64,000 nt of DNA, taken from Phycisphaerae bacterium. GTDB taxonomy: Bacteria; Planctomycetota; Phycisphaerae; UBA1845; Fen-1342. The stretch is taken from positions 128,001 to 192,000 of the forward strand of contig CAXXWX010000003.1 in assembly GCA_963675745.2 (NCBI GenBank), read 5' to 3'. The notes under the pieces are model-generated. The model was not told where the DNA came from. It saw only the letters and a program-made list of their open reading frames with translations, and did no database searches. Shown in pieces: positions 20,258 to 29,857 of the stretch (its first letter is position 1; the number at the start of each line of letters is the position of its first letter). A program made the position numbers and the translations under genes.

Positions 20258-20965
20258 ATGAGCACGTTCAGCCATACCGACGCAACTCGCGTCCTGATTC
20301 TGGGCGCCGGCGGACACGGCCGCGTCATCCTCGACATCCTGCTACAGGCGGGCGGCCATGACGTCGTTGGCTTCCTCGATGGAAACAAGGCCATTCACGG
20401 TCGCCGCGTCGATGGCATCCCCGTGCTCGGCGGCATTGACGACCTGCCGCAGATTCATCGCGAGAACAACATCGATGGTGTCTGCATCGCCATTGGCGAC
20501 AACGGCACCCGGCGGGGATTGGCCCGACAGGTCGAACAGGCCGACATCGAACTGATCAACGCCATCCACCCGTCCGCGACACTCGCGCGCAGCGTCACCG
20601 TGGGACGCAACGTCGTCATCGCCGCCGGCGTCGTGGTCTGTGCCCAGTGCCAGATTGGTGATTCGGTCATCCTCAACACCGGTGCCATCATCGATCACTA
20701 CACCATGATCGGCGAGGGTACGCACATCTGTCCGGGGGTGCGCATCGCCGGCCGGGTGAAAGTGGAGCCCGGCGTCTTCGTCGGCATCGGTGCCACGGTC
20801 GTCCCCAAGGTCACGCTGGGCTGCGAAGCCGTCATTGGGGCGGGCACGGTCGTGATCCAGGATGTGCCGTCGCTGGCCACGGTAGTCGGCGTTCCCGCGC
20901 GTCAGATCGATCTGGCCGCGGCTTCAGAAGACATCGCCGCCCTACTGCTGCCCGCGCGACTGTAG
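20258..20965 (+). CDS. Sugar O/N-acetyltransferase, NeuD/PglD family
   Basis: GAGGHGRV, AIGDNGTR, IHPSA, hexapeptide repeats, VVGVPAR. Confidence 0.9.
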   Translation: MSTFSHTDATRVLILGAGGHGRVILDILLQAGGHDVVGFLDGNKAIHGRRVDGIPVLGGIDDLPQIHRENNIDGVCIAIGDNGTRRGLARQVEQADIELINAIHPSATLARSVTVGRNVVIAAGVVVCAQCQIGDSVILNTGAIIDHYTMIGEGTHICPGVRIAGRVKVEPGVFVGIGATVVPKVTLGCEAVIGAGTVVIQDVPSLATVVGVPARQIDLAAASEDIAALLLPARL

Positions 20966-21766
20966 GTCGCGGGTGGTCTCACCGGACTGATCGGGTTCGT
21001 CGGGACCATGCCAGTACGCCGCGACAACCGTGGGGTCGAACGGTGTACCACATTCCGGGCAACGCGAGCCGGCGCATCGCCGCAGGTCGTAGGCGCATAC
21101 GACGCATCGGTGGCCAGGACGCCGGCGCAGCTTTGGAAATAGCCACGCATCCACACACCCGACCGCGCCGATGCAGGGAATCCCAGCCAGCCAAATGCCG
21201 ACGAAGCTGCTGGAACGTATGAAGAAAGCCAGCGGAAGACCGATGGTGAGCCACAGCACCAGCAAAACCAATACGCGGTTTGATAGTACATCTCCCTCCT
21301 GCAAGGAAGTGAGCCAACGTTCAGCAAGTGTCTCAAACGGGTCGCCTAGCTGCGGGCTTGGCAAGGCTCGCCATTTGTGGGCCGAGATCGGGAACCGATG
21401 ACCACACGTCAGACACTTCGCGCGTCGCCATAGTCCTTTCAGCGAGTAGCACGTTCCGTACGTACGCACAACGTCGTCATCCGCACACTGCGGGCATTCT
21501 ACAGGACGGATCAGCGGTCGGCGGTCTGATGGCGCAAGCGCGCTGTATGCGAGGTTCAACCGCCACGCAACCCAACAGCCGATCGTCGCGAAGCAAGCCA
21601 GGACCAGGAGCACGCCACACATGCGCAGAGTGTCTGGCGGCTGCGACCATGCACCCAGAGCGCCGCCAGCAAACACAACCAGCAGCGGTAGCAACAACAA
21701 CGCGCACGTCAGGCCGACCAACAGGAAAACGCAGGCCAGCCCCAGATACAGCCAACGCTTGAGCAT
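20942..21766 (-). CDS. Membrane protein with internal and C-terminal zinc-ribbon motifs
   Basis: 4 TM-like segments; CPQC...CLTCGHRF and CVVCAYDLRRCAGSRCPECG. Confidence 0.7.
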   Translation of the reverse strand: MLKRWLYLGLACVFLLVGLTCALLLLPLLVVFAGGALGAWSQPPDTLRMCGVLLVLACFATIGCWVAWRLNLAYSALAPSDRRPLIRPVECPQCADDDVVRTYGTCYSLKGLWRRAKCLTCGHRFPISAHKWRALPSPQLGDPFETLAERWLTSLQEGDVLSNRVLVLLVLWLTIGLPLAFFIRSSSFVGIWLAGIPCIGAVGCVDAWLFPKLRRRPGHRCVVCAYDLRRCAGSRCPECGTPFDPTVVAAYWHGPDEPDQSGETTRDLQSRGQQ

Positions 21767-21798
21767 GAACACCCCGGCGTCTCAGGCCAGAACAGAAT

Positions 21799-22244
21799 GG
21801 CGGAGTGGGCCTGTAAGCCGGATTTTGTGCCCCGGCCTGCCCAGAAGTGCCTCGGCACTTCCATACGAGCTCGGCCGGGGCGACGGCCATTCACCTGGGC
21901 CTGTCGTTACCGACAGGCTCGCGCGCCCTACCCGGGGCTGGTAACGAGCCGGGTCGACTCATCGCCCCATATTTGGGCTTGCTGGCGGTGGGGTTTGCCG
22001 TGCCGCGACTGTCACCAGTCGCGCGGTGCGCTCTTACCGCACCTTTTCACCCTTGCCTGTGATGCCGGCGCGCGCGTCGACATCCATCGGCGGTCTGCTT
22101 TCTGTGGCACTTTCCCTGGGCTCGCGCCCGGTGGCCGTTAGCCACCACCGCACCCTATCCAGTCCGGACTTTCCTCCAGCTCCGCCGACCCGCCGTCCCG
22201 CAAGACAACGAGCCCGAGCCAGCGGCCGCCCGGCCCACTCCGCC
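21799..22244 (-). ncRNA. rnpB: RNase P RNA (type A)
   Basis: Minus strand has GAGGAAAGTCCGG, AGTGCCACAGAAA, GGGTGAAAAGGTGCGGTAAGAGCGCAC, GGCAAACCCC...GCAAG and ACAAAATCCGGCTTA; the ends GGCGGAGTGGGCC/GGCCCACTCCGCC pair as P1. Confidence 0.97.
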
Positions 22245-22250
22245 GTGTGG

Positions 22251-22256
22251 AGTATA
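22251..22256 (-). promoter_or_regulatory. -10 box of rnpB promoter
   Basis: TATACT 6 nt upstream of the P1 5' end. Confidence 0.6.
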
Positions 22257-22375
22257 GCGGAAGTGGGGAGTGAGGGGCTAAGAAACGAAGGGATTGGGTT
22301 ACGTGGGCAGTTTGGGGCGTCGTGGCGGCAGTGATCATCGTGAGAGGTGCGTCGCCCATGCCGTTGCTATCCGGA

Positions 22376-23005
22376 TCATTTGTCATGCCGAAATGTCTGC
22401 ACGCGGAACTGTTTGCCGCCGGCACTCGTGGCTGTGTAGGCGACCGTTTCAGTCAGGCCTTGCGCCAGGGCTGCCCGCTTCAAATCGTCGGGTAAAACCA
22501 GGTGCATGATTGACGAGAGGGACGCGAGCCTGGCGTATTGTGATGGGGTGACTTCGGGGGCGGCATCGCTCGGAAGTTGCACAACTGTGACGAGCGCGCC
22601 GTCGTGGCGGAGCATCGTGTCAATCCGTTCAAGAGTAGTGGCGGGGTCAACGTACTCCATGAGCAAGCCGGCGAAGATGAGTTCGACGGGCTCAAAGGGG
22701 AATTCGTCGGATTGCACGTCACCAGCGAATAGCTCAAGCGTCGGGAAACGCCCTTCGTAGCGGGCCCGCGCCTGGCAAATGTAGCCGGGATTGAGGTCGA
22801 GGCCGACGACGCGGTGCGTCACTTCGGGCCGTATGCGGTCGAAACCGTTGCCGCCGGCACAGCCAAGAACGGCCACAGAGTCGGGGCGGTTTTCTTGCAG
22901 GATCGAAGCGAAGATGTCGGAGAGGAGTTGGGCCTGGCCGATCTCTGGCAGAGCCATGTGGCTTTCATAGTCGGCGAGCGGAATTGTCAGCCAGGGGTTC
23001 TGCAT
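22376..23005 (-). CDS. Class I SAM-dependent methyltransferase
   Basis: MQNPWLTIPLADYESHM start, VAVLGCAGGNG motif I, VVGLDLN motif II. Confidence 0.85.
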   Translation of the reverse strand: MQNPWLTIPLADYESHMALPEIGQAQLLSDIFASILQENRPDSVAVLGCAGGNGFDRIRPEVTHRVVGLDLNPGYICQARARYEGRFPTLELFAGDVQSDEFPFEPVELIFAGLLMEYVDPATTLERIDTMLRHDGALVTVVQLPSDAAPEVTPSQYARLASLSSIMHLVLPDDLKRAALAQGLTETVAYTATSAGGKQFRVQTFRHDK

Positions 23006-23065
23006 GGTGATAGCGGCTCGTATCTGTGGATTGCTGCGTTCGCCGGAGCGTCTCCGCGTGCGCAC

Positions 23066-23150
23066 GACCGGCCACGATGAAGCGCGAAATCTCCGCCTGA
23101 TCGGTGCGTACGGGCCCACTCCACCGCGTGGAGTATAGCGGAGGTGGGGA
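23066..23150. repeat. Chimeric duplication: 23066-23116 copies 24609-24659 and 23113-23150 copies 22232-22269
   Basis: Manual alignment gives 48/51 and 35/38 identities; the two halves share GGCC at the junction. Confidence 0.9.
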
Positions 23151-23263
23151 TTTAGGGATTGACGGATTTGGGGAGTGTTGGGACACCTGCGGGTTTGACC
23201 TGTTGCCCACAATCAGACTGGAATTCATGTCTTTCATAGCATTGCTGTCTGGGAGGATCTCTT

Positions 23264-24454
23264 ATGAAACCGCTTGGCCTCACACTGATGGCGAGTGCCA
23301 TGGTGGCGCTGGCACTCGCCGGTTGCCCGCAACCGCTTACGGATCAGACCGCCGACACGGCCGGATTGGATGCCCCCAACACAACCACAGGTTCGCAAGA
23401 GGCCGCCATCGAATCTGAGGACACTCTGCCGGCGGACGTGGCTGGCACGCCGGCGCGGCGCGGTCCAGATGTGTCGGATGACGACCCGCCGGTTATTTAC
23501 GCCGTCGAGGCCAGCGATGGCGAAGAGGCCGAAGAGGAGCAGCCTGAGCCGACCGCCGCCGCACCTTATGATCCGGTCCCACCGTCGAACGTCGTGTCAA
23601 CCGATCCGAGTGAAGACGATGAAAACGAAGAGCCCCCCGTAGATACGACCCCTCCAAAAGAGGATCCTGTGCCGCCGTCGGACAACCCCGTCCCGCCCAG
23701 TCAGAGCGATCCCCCACCATCCAACGCCGGTCCGGGTCAGGTCGCCGCGACCGACGCGGATGTCGAAAACGTCGCACTGGGTGTCGCCGAGGTGTGCAGC
23801 GCATTTGGTCTGCTGGGTCCTTGGGGCGATGCACGGATAAACATCGCCAAGGAGCAGGAAATTCGGTTTGGCGAGTGCCCGGAGGTGGTGTTTCTATCAG
23901 CGCAGGAAGGCGGCATCCACCTGCTGAGATACACGGCCGAGGGTTGTCAGAGCCCGGCGACCGCGTGGAAATACATGCGCGGCGAGCTCTGTGGCACGGT
24001 GCGACTCGCGGATGGCGAAGGCGAACTCGAGTTCACGCACAAGGGAGCGCTCCACGCGTACATCGGCGACCAGAAAATCGACGGCAAGATTCACTGCTAC
24101 TTCGTGGACCTGCTTGAAGGGCTGGCATTCACCAACGCGTCATTTGAGATGCAGTTCACACCCGGCGGCACAACCACCGGCTCCGCGGATCTGCTGGCGA
24201 CGCGCGAAGGCACCGTTGTCATCGAGTCGGGCAGATGGGAGCTGGAAAGCAACGACGTCGATTACGATCTCGATATTACTGGTTTGCTCATTGACCCGCT
24301 CAACGCCACCAGCTTCACGCCGATCGACGGGAGCATAGCTTTCAGTGACCGCGTGATCGAGTTCACGGAGGAGTCACCCGTAAACGGCGCTGTGTGGGTG
24401 ACCACAGCCGGCGGCTCGCCCGAGTTGGTGGTGATCCCCGGTCTGGCCGAGTAA
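23264..24454 (+). CDS. Lipoprotein with Pro/acidic linker and beta-rich C-terminal domain
   Basis: GGAGG RBS, signal with LAGC lipobox, PP/DE-rich linker. Confidence 0.75.
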   Translation: MKPLGLTLMASAMVALALAGCPQPLTDQTADTAGLDAPNTTTGSQEAAIESEDTLPADVAGTPARRGPDVSDDDPPVIYAVEASDGEEAEEEQPEPTAAAPYDPVPPSNVVSTDPSEDDENEEPPVDTTPPKEDPVPPSDNPVPPSQSDPPPSNAGPGQVAATDADVENVALGVAEVCSAFGLLGPWGDARINIAKEQEIRFGECPEVVFLSAQEGGIHLLRYTAEGCQSPATAWKYMRGELCGTVRLADGEGELEFTHKGALHAYIGDQKIDGKIHCYFVDLLEGLAFTNASFEMQFTPGGTTTGSADLLATREGTVVIESGRWELESNDVDYDLDITGLLIDPLNATSFTPIDGSIAFSDRVIEFTEESPVNGAVWVTTAGGSPELVVIPGLAE

Positions 24455-24570
24455 CGGCTGGTATCGGGCGAGTTCTCAAACGCCGGGAACATGCTCGTGT
24501 GCCCCGGCATGTATCGTGACCGCCGGCCGGCTGGGCGCCGGCCGTTACAATGTCAACGTCTGCGCATGAG

Positions 24571-26306
24571 TCATGCGTCGGTGTGCGCGGTTGCGTCCGC
24601 CTTATTCCGACCGACCGCGATGAAGCGCGAAATCTCCGCCTGATCGGTGCGCACGGGCCGTACGAGGATGCCGGCGATCTGTTTGAGCAGCTTATCCACC
24701 CGGCCGCGCCAGGTGTCGGCCTCGGCGGTGGTTTCATCGAGCGCCTGGTGGATTCTGCGCTCGAGCTCATCCAGTCCCGCGCGAACGCCGGCGCGCATCG
24801 CGCGCAGCACCGTCCGCCCCACCGATGGCCGCAACATCCGATCCAGCCAGAATGGAACCGCCCAGGCCAATGCCACCAGCAGCAGGCTTGACACGACAAA
24901 GTCGGTGGTCGGGTATGACGCGGGACCGGTCGATGTCGATGCGCGGAAATACTGCATCACCAGCGTGACAGCGACCCAGGCCAGCGCGGCAAACGGCAGC
25001 ACCCCCGCCAGAAACCCGGTGACTCGACGAGCCACACGTTGCGCGATTGTCCCCGGGCTGGCCAGCGCGGCGCGCACTTCGTCCTGCATTCGCGCCAGCA
25101 TCTCCCCGCGCGCCGTGCCGGCGACTTTGTCAAGCCGGGCGCGGAGTGGTGCGGCGACGATCCCCTCGTGACGCATACTGCCCTCGATCGCGTCCATGCA
25201 CGCTCGCAGCTTGGCGTCGGACCAATCATCCCAGAGCGATTCGGTCAGGTATGCAAGCTCCGACGCGTCCGGCATCGTGGAAATGTTCTTCTCACCACCC
25301 GGCTCGTCTTTGCGCAGCAGTCCCAGCGCGCGGCCGGTAAGCGAGAGGCCCGGAGTGTTGGCCCGCGCGCCCATGCGCGCGGCGATATCCCGGATCGGCC
25401 AGTCCAGACCATCCCGCAACACATCGCGGGCCTGCTGCCAGTGCAACGGCGTTGCGGTCGCGACCGCCTGCCAGCGGTCGCTCGTTGCCCAGCCGCTGCG
25501 CCAGCCGCCTGTAGTGTCGCGCGCAGCTCCTGCAACCGAGCCCGATGGCCCAGACGCGTCAGCTCGCGAACGCCATGCGCGGCCAGCAGGTCATTGATCA
25601 CGGCTTCGATCCGCGCAAACTCGTCGGAGCTGGGCAACTCAGCGCCGTCCAGGCATGACGTACACAGCACCAGCGGATCGTCAAACCCGGCGGTTCGCAT
25701 CATGCGGGCGAAATCGTCACGCTGGGCGCGGTCTCCCTCGTCCCAACGATTCATGACAAACAGCCAGCCGTGCCGCAGGGACCGGTCCTGCAACACGCGC
25801 CAGCCGACGTCATCGCGATAGCGCTCGGGGCTCACGACGTACACCAGCAGGTCGATGTGCGGCAGCCACGCCAATGCGCAGGCGCGATTCTGCGGCTCGA
25901 CACTGTCGATGTCGGGCGCGTCGATCCAGAGGATGTTCTTGTGCGCATCGTCACCGTGACGCCGAACCTCGACACTCTCGAGCGGCAGCGTCTCCGGGAA
26001 GTCAGCCAGTTTGACATCGTGATGAACGTAGAGGGTGATCTCGCGTGATGTTGGCCGCTCAACGCCGACGCGCGCGACCGTCGCACCGGCCAGTCGATTA
26101 AGCAGGCTGCTTTTGCCCACGCCCGTTCCGCCGAACAGGGCTACGACCAGTGGCCGGGCCTGGGCATCGACGAAGAGATCCGCCGGTGTGGCGCGCTCAA
26201 GCGCGGCGAAGCGCTCGGCGCTGCCCGCCTCGACCCACTCGGCCGCAGTCCCCTCCTCGACCCACTGGCGCGCCGCGGCAACGAGATCGGCAAACTGGTC
26301 GTTCAT
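24571..26306 (-). CDS. Dynamin/Era-like GTPase with two C-terminal TM helices, interrupted by frameshifts near 25470-25505 (sequencing error or pseudogene)
   Basis: GGTGVGKSS, RPTS, DAPD, MNRWD motifs in ORF 25245-26324; the reading continues via QRLGNE/DRWQAVATA into ORF 24571-25446. Confidence 0.75.
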
Positions 26307-26314
26307 CGACGAGG

Positions 26315-28270
26315 TCACTCCCATTCATCCAGTGCCCGGCGCACCTCGGCCAGGCGTTCCGCCGAAATGCCGAACAGCATCTGGTCATCGAGCCGGGCCG
26401 TGAGGTTGACGAGTTGTTCTTGCACCACGACTCCAATCAACTCGTTGCGCGCGATCTCATATTGCTTCTCCTTGAGCTCCTCGGCGATGCGTTTCATGTA
26501 GGTGCCCAGGGCTCCCTCGGTCATGAGCGATACCACGCCGAACATGGCCGGTGCCAGCAGGAGGTCGTTCACCGTGGCGCCGCCGGTCTTGATCGCCAGC
26601 GCGATTGAGCCGGCATCCGCGGTGACGCGTGCGGCGCGCAGCACGTTCAGCAGCTTCGGTCGCTCCTTCAAAGCCTCGTACAGCCGCCCCGCCGCCACGT
26701 GAATCGCGTGCTGGGTCTGTTCGTCGTGTTCGCGCGCGGCCTGTTGGAACAGGTCGCGCAGGCGCGGCGACTCGGCCTCCAACTGTCGCCCCAATGCCTG
26801 CCACACGACCGCGGTGGCCTTTGACCGGTCGCCACGCCGCGCGACTTCGCACTGCATGTGCGTTAGCAGTTTCTCAATCTCGTCATAGAGAAACACCTGC
26901 TCGTTGGAGAGCCCATGCGCCGAAGCCTGCCGGTTCTGATCAAACAGGACCCGCCCCATGCGCCATACCTGTCGCGCCGGCCAGGTCACAACCTGGCGCA
27001 CCTGCGTAAGCGCGTTGCCCACGCCGGGGATTTCCAGAAGCGTCAGCAACTCGGCCGTCGCGCGCCGAAACCCATCGTATCGCCGCGGGTGATCGAGATA
27101 ATCACGCCGATACGCGCTCAGCAGCGCTGCCAATGCCTCAGCAACGAGCGTCTTCCATTCATCAAGCGCGGCGTGCTCCCGCTCAATCGGGGCGGTCCAC
27201 GCGTCCCAGTGCTGTCGGACGAGCCCGGCGGCGTGGGCCGGCCACTTTGCCCGATCGGCCCGCGCCAGTCCGTCGGCCACACACTCGCGCAATTCACGCT
27301 GCGCTGGCGGTGATTTCGCCGGGGCGCTCAGTTCCGGGTCGTAGCCGATACGCACGATGGGCGTTTCGAACTCGGCCCACTTGTGCTCGCGCAGCCGATG
27401 GTGCAGGGCCATCACGATCGCGTCGGTCGCATCGCTGGTGAGCTTGTTGGCACAGATGATCAGCGGCCGTCCGAGCGGCGCGAGCAACTGGAGCAGTCGC
27501 CATACCGACAAGTCGGAGTATTTCTCCTTGCTCACGACCAGCAGATAGGCGTCCGCCGCCGCGATCGCCGACAGGAGGCCTTCTCGATATTCCCGCGCCG
27601 CCAGCGAATCAAAGTCGGGTGTGTCCCAGATGACGCAGTGCGGCAGCGTGCCCGACCGCGCTTCGGCATTTGGCGTCGCGAGCGGTGCCGCCGGCTCAAC
27701 GACGGTCAGCGCGTACGCGCGCAGATTGTCGCGAGTCAGTGCGCTCAGGTCGCAACGCTGCCAGCCGCGGAAGATCAACTCGGCCCAGCGCCTATCGTGC
27801 GCGCCGTCGGACGTCACGCGGTCACTCTCGGCCGCATCGAAGAGCGTTTCTATTGGCTTGTGGAGCGTGGCCGGCTCGTCTGATGAGCCGCTCTCGGGCT
27901 GCCAGAATCCCTGCGGGTGAATAGTGAACCCGGCGAGCGGGCTGACCTCGGCAAGTGATTGTCCCAGCAGGACGTTTACGATCGTGCTCTTGCCGGTTTG
28001 CGTCGGTCCGATGACGGCAAGCTGCCGCGGCCAATTCAGGTGGTAGCGATCGTCGGATGCGACATGACGAAGAACCGCTTCGGCTAGCTGCAATTCCGCC
28101 AGTCGGGCATCGCTGGTCTCGCGATCACGCAGAGCGGGATGGTCCGTTTCGCGCAGCCGCCGGTAGCGCTCCAGCAGAGCGCTGACAAACGCGTGCACCG
28201 ACGCCGCGGGCTTGACGGGCGCTTTGCTCGCACCTGCGGCCGGGCCTGCCGATGATTCGTTCGCGTTCAC
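26315..28270 (-). CDS. Dynamin/Era-like GTPase with helical C-terminal region
   Basis: GPTQTGKST, AGFT, WDTPDFDS, ANKL; long helical tail with a hydrophobic hairpin. Confidence 0.8.
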   Translation of the reverse strand: MNANESSAGPAAGASKAPVKPAASVHAFVSALLERYRRLRETDHPALRDRETSDARLAELQLAEAVLRHVASDDRYHLNWPRQLAVIGPTQTGKSTIVNVLLGQSLAEVSPLAGFTIHPQGFWQPESGSSDEPATLHKPIETLFDAAESDRVTSDGAHDRRWAELIFRGWQRCDLSALTRDNLRAYALTVVEPAAPLATPNAEARSGTLPHCVIWDTPDFDSLAAREYREGLLSAIAAADAYLLVVSKEKYSDLSVWRLLQLLAPLGRPLIICANKLTSDATDAIVMALHHRLREHKWAEFETPIVRIGYDPELSAPAKSPPAQRELRECVADGLARADRAKWPAHAAGLVRQHWDAWTAPIEREHAALDEWKTLVAEALAALLSAYRRDYLDHPRRYDGFRRATAELLTLLEIPGVGNALTQVRQVVTWPARQVWRMGRVLFDQNRQASAHGLSNEQVFLYDEIEKLLTHMQCEVARRGDRSKATAVVWQALGRQLEAESPRLRDLFQQAAREHDEQTQHAIHVAAGRLYEALKERPKLLNVLRAARVTADAGSIALAIKTGGATVNDLLLAPAMFGVVSLMTEGALGTYMKRIAEELKEKQYEIARNELIGVVVQEQLVNLTARLDDQMLFGISAERLAEVRRALDEWE

Positions 28271-28355
28271 AGCAGGGTATTCTGCGCCAGACAGCGATCA
28301 TTCGACAGTCTAAGCCCAACTAATTACATCATTCACACCAAACCGCCAAATCCCA

Positions 28356-28449
28356 GCCTCGTGGCCTTGTGGCCTCGTGGCCTCGTGGCCTCGTGGCCTC
28401 GTTGCCTGTTGCCTTGCTGCCTCGTTGCCTTGCCGCCTTGCCGCCTGCC
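28356..28449. repeat. Tandem octamer repeat GCCTCGTG/GCCTTGCN (~12 units)
   Basis: Directly visible; same family as 32406-32445. Confidence 0.85.
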
Positions 28450-28481
28450 CCCCCATTCACCCAGCAGTTCCCATCAACGTA

Positions 28482-28510
28482 TTGGCACGCGCGTCGCGCA
28501 CTCATATACT
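28482..28510 (+). promoter_or_regulatory. Putative sigma70 promoter
   Basis: TTGGCA-N17-TATACT upstream of GGAGG RBS and GTG 28546. Confidence 0.5.
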
Positions 28511-28545
28511 CCGCGTTCCTGGCGAGCCCGTTGGAGGCGATAGTA

Positions 28546-28770
28546 GTGCCCATATACGAGTACACTTGTGGCGCATGTGGCGCGGAGTTCGAAGAGCTGG
28601 TCCAATCATCTGCCGCCGAGCGCAAGCTGCGCTGCGTCAAGTGCCGCAGCAAGGAGATAAAGCGGCGCCTCAGTGTGCCGGCCGCACCGCACGTGGCGAC
28701 CGCCTCGCGACCGGCGCCGGGCCCCTGCGGCCGTTGCGGCGAGTCGCCCGACGCCTGCCCGTTTAAGTGA
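28546..28770 (+). CDS. FmdB-family zinc-ribbon protein
   Basis: (M)PIYEYTCGACGAEFEELV...CVKC, C-terminal CGRCG...CP. Confidence 0.85.
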   Translation: MPIYEYTCGACGAEFEELVQSSAAERKLRCVKCRSKEIKRRLSVPAAPHVATASRPAPGPCGRCGESPDACPFK

Positions 28771-28790
28771 CCCGTCAGACAGGATTCGTG

Positions 28791-29291
28791 ATGGCCCAGT
28801 CCACACCAAACGTTGACAAGATGATCCAGGCGGGAGTTGTAGCGTGGCTGATACCGGGTGGCGGCCATTTCATTCTCGGCCACCGCGCGTTGGCGGTCGT
28901 GTTCTGGGCGGCGATCAGCTTCGCCTTTATCGCTGGACTGGCTTTCGGCGGTCTGAAGAACTCGGTCAATCCTTACACCAACCGTTGGCTCTTTCTCGCC
29001 GAGATGGGCGCCGGCGGTTACACGGTTGTCTCGTACGTCGCCAATCTCACCATCGGAGAGGTCAAGCCGCAGGACCTCGCCACACAGCAACTGCGCGACA
29101 AAATCCCACCCGACACATACGTGAAATACGTGAGTTTCTACCCGGCGTCGGACGTGGCGCAGATCTACCTCGCCGCCGCCGGCCTGTTGAACCTGCTGGC
29201 GATTCTCGACGCGCTGACCCGCGCTCAGACCGGTGGATTGCCGACTTACTACCGCGAACTGTCTGACAACGCGTCAACCGGCAAGGGCTAA
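28791..29291 (+). CDS. Planctomycete membrane protein (DUF6677-like)
   Basis: AWLIPGGGHF...YLAAAGLLNLLAILDA motifs. Confidence 0.7.
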   Translation: MAQSTPNVDKMIQAGVVAWLIPGGGHFILGHRALAVVFWAAISFAFIAGLAFGGLKNSVNPYTNRWLFLAEMGAGGYTVVSYVANLTIGEVKPQDLATQQLRDKIPPDTYVKYVSFYPASDVAQIYLAAAGLLNLLAILDALTRAQTGGLPTYYRELSDNASTGKG

Positions 29292-29292
29292 C

Positions 29293-29541
29293 GTGAACCT
29301 GGCGGACATGTACATCCCGATTCTGCACGCCTGGCCCTGGCCGATCACACCCGCCGGCAAATTGTGGCTGTTTCTGCCGCTGGTTATGTGTGTGGCGGTC
29401 GTTTACCGCGCGACGCGGTCGCGGACTGTACGCCACCTGCCGTGGGACACGCTGGTCACGTTCATCAACATAGTCGTCGGAATGTGCGTGATCGCGATCG
29501 CCTTCTATGTCACCTACGAGGTGGTGATCTACTTCTTCTAG
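29293..29541 (+). CDS. Small two-TM membrane protein
   Basis: LWLFLPLVMCVAVVYRATR motif; directly follows the previous gene. Confidence 0.65.
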   Translation: MNLADMYIPILHAWPWPITPAGKLWLFLPLVMCVAVVYRATRSRTVRHLPWDTLVTFINIVVGMCVIAIAFYVTYEVVIYFF

Positions 29542-29607
29542 CGCCGTTTCCACCGGAGCAGCATCGCAACTCGCGCGGCGAATCGTCGCACCGTGTAACG
29601 GACTGCT

Positions 29608-29802
29608 CGGCGCAAAAGCGTAGCGGCCGGCGCAAAAGCGTAACGGCCGGCGCCTCGCCGGCCGCCGAATGCCGAGCGTGCCACGTCGCACCGACGGCCT
29701 GCGAGGCGCAGGCCGCTACAGTGCTGTGCACGCGGCCGCTACGGTGTTGGGTGTGCGACCGCTAGCGTAACGGCCGGCGCCTCGCCGGCCGCCGAATGCC
29801 GA
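29608..29802. repeat. Cluster of GTAG/GTAA-type REP-like palindromes
   Basis: GTAA-CGGCCGGCG-CCT-CGCCGGCCG at 29640 and 29767 (inside a 39-bp direct repeat); inverted GTAG-CGGCCTGCG-CCT-CGCAGGCCG at 29695-29719. Confidence 0.75.
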
Positions 29803-29857
29803 TCATGCCGCGTCGAGTATCGAGACCGCCATATCGCCCCGCCGGAGGCTCCACCCC

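Noticed and set aside
21477..22334. Several short ORFs over the rnpB region
   Set aside because: Explained by the RNase P RNA and the adjacent membrane gene
29637..29802. 39-bp direct repeat as a possible CRISPR
   Set aside because: Only two copies, an 88-nt gap containing an inverted copy, and no cas genes; fits REP elements
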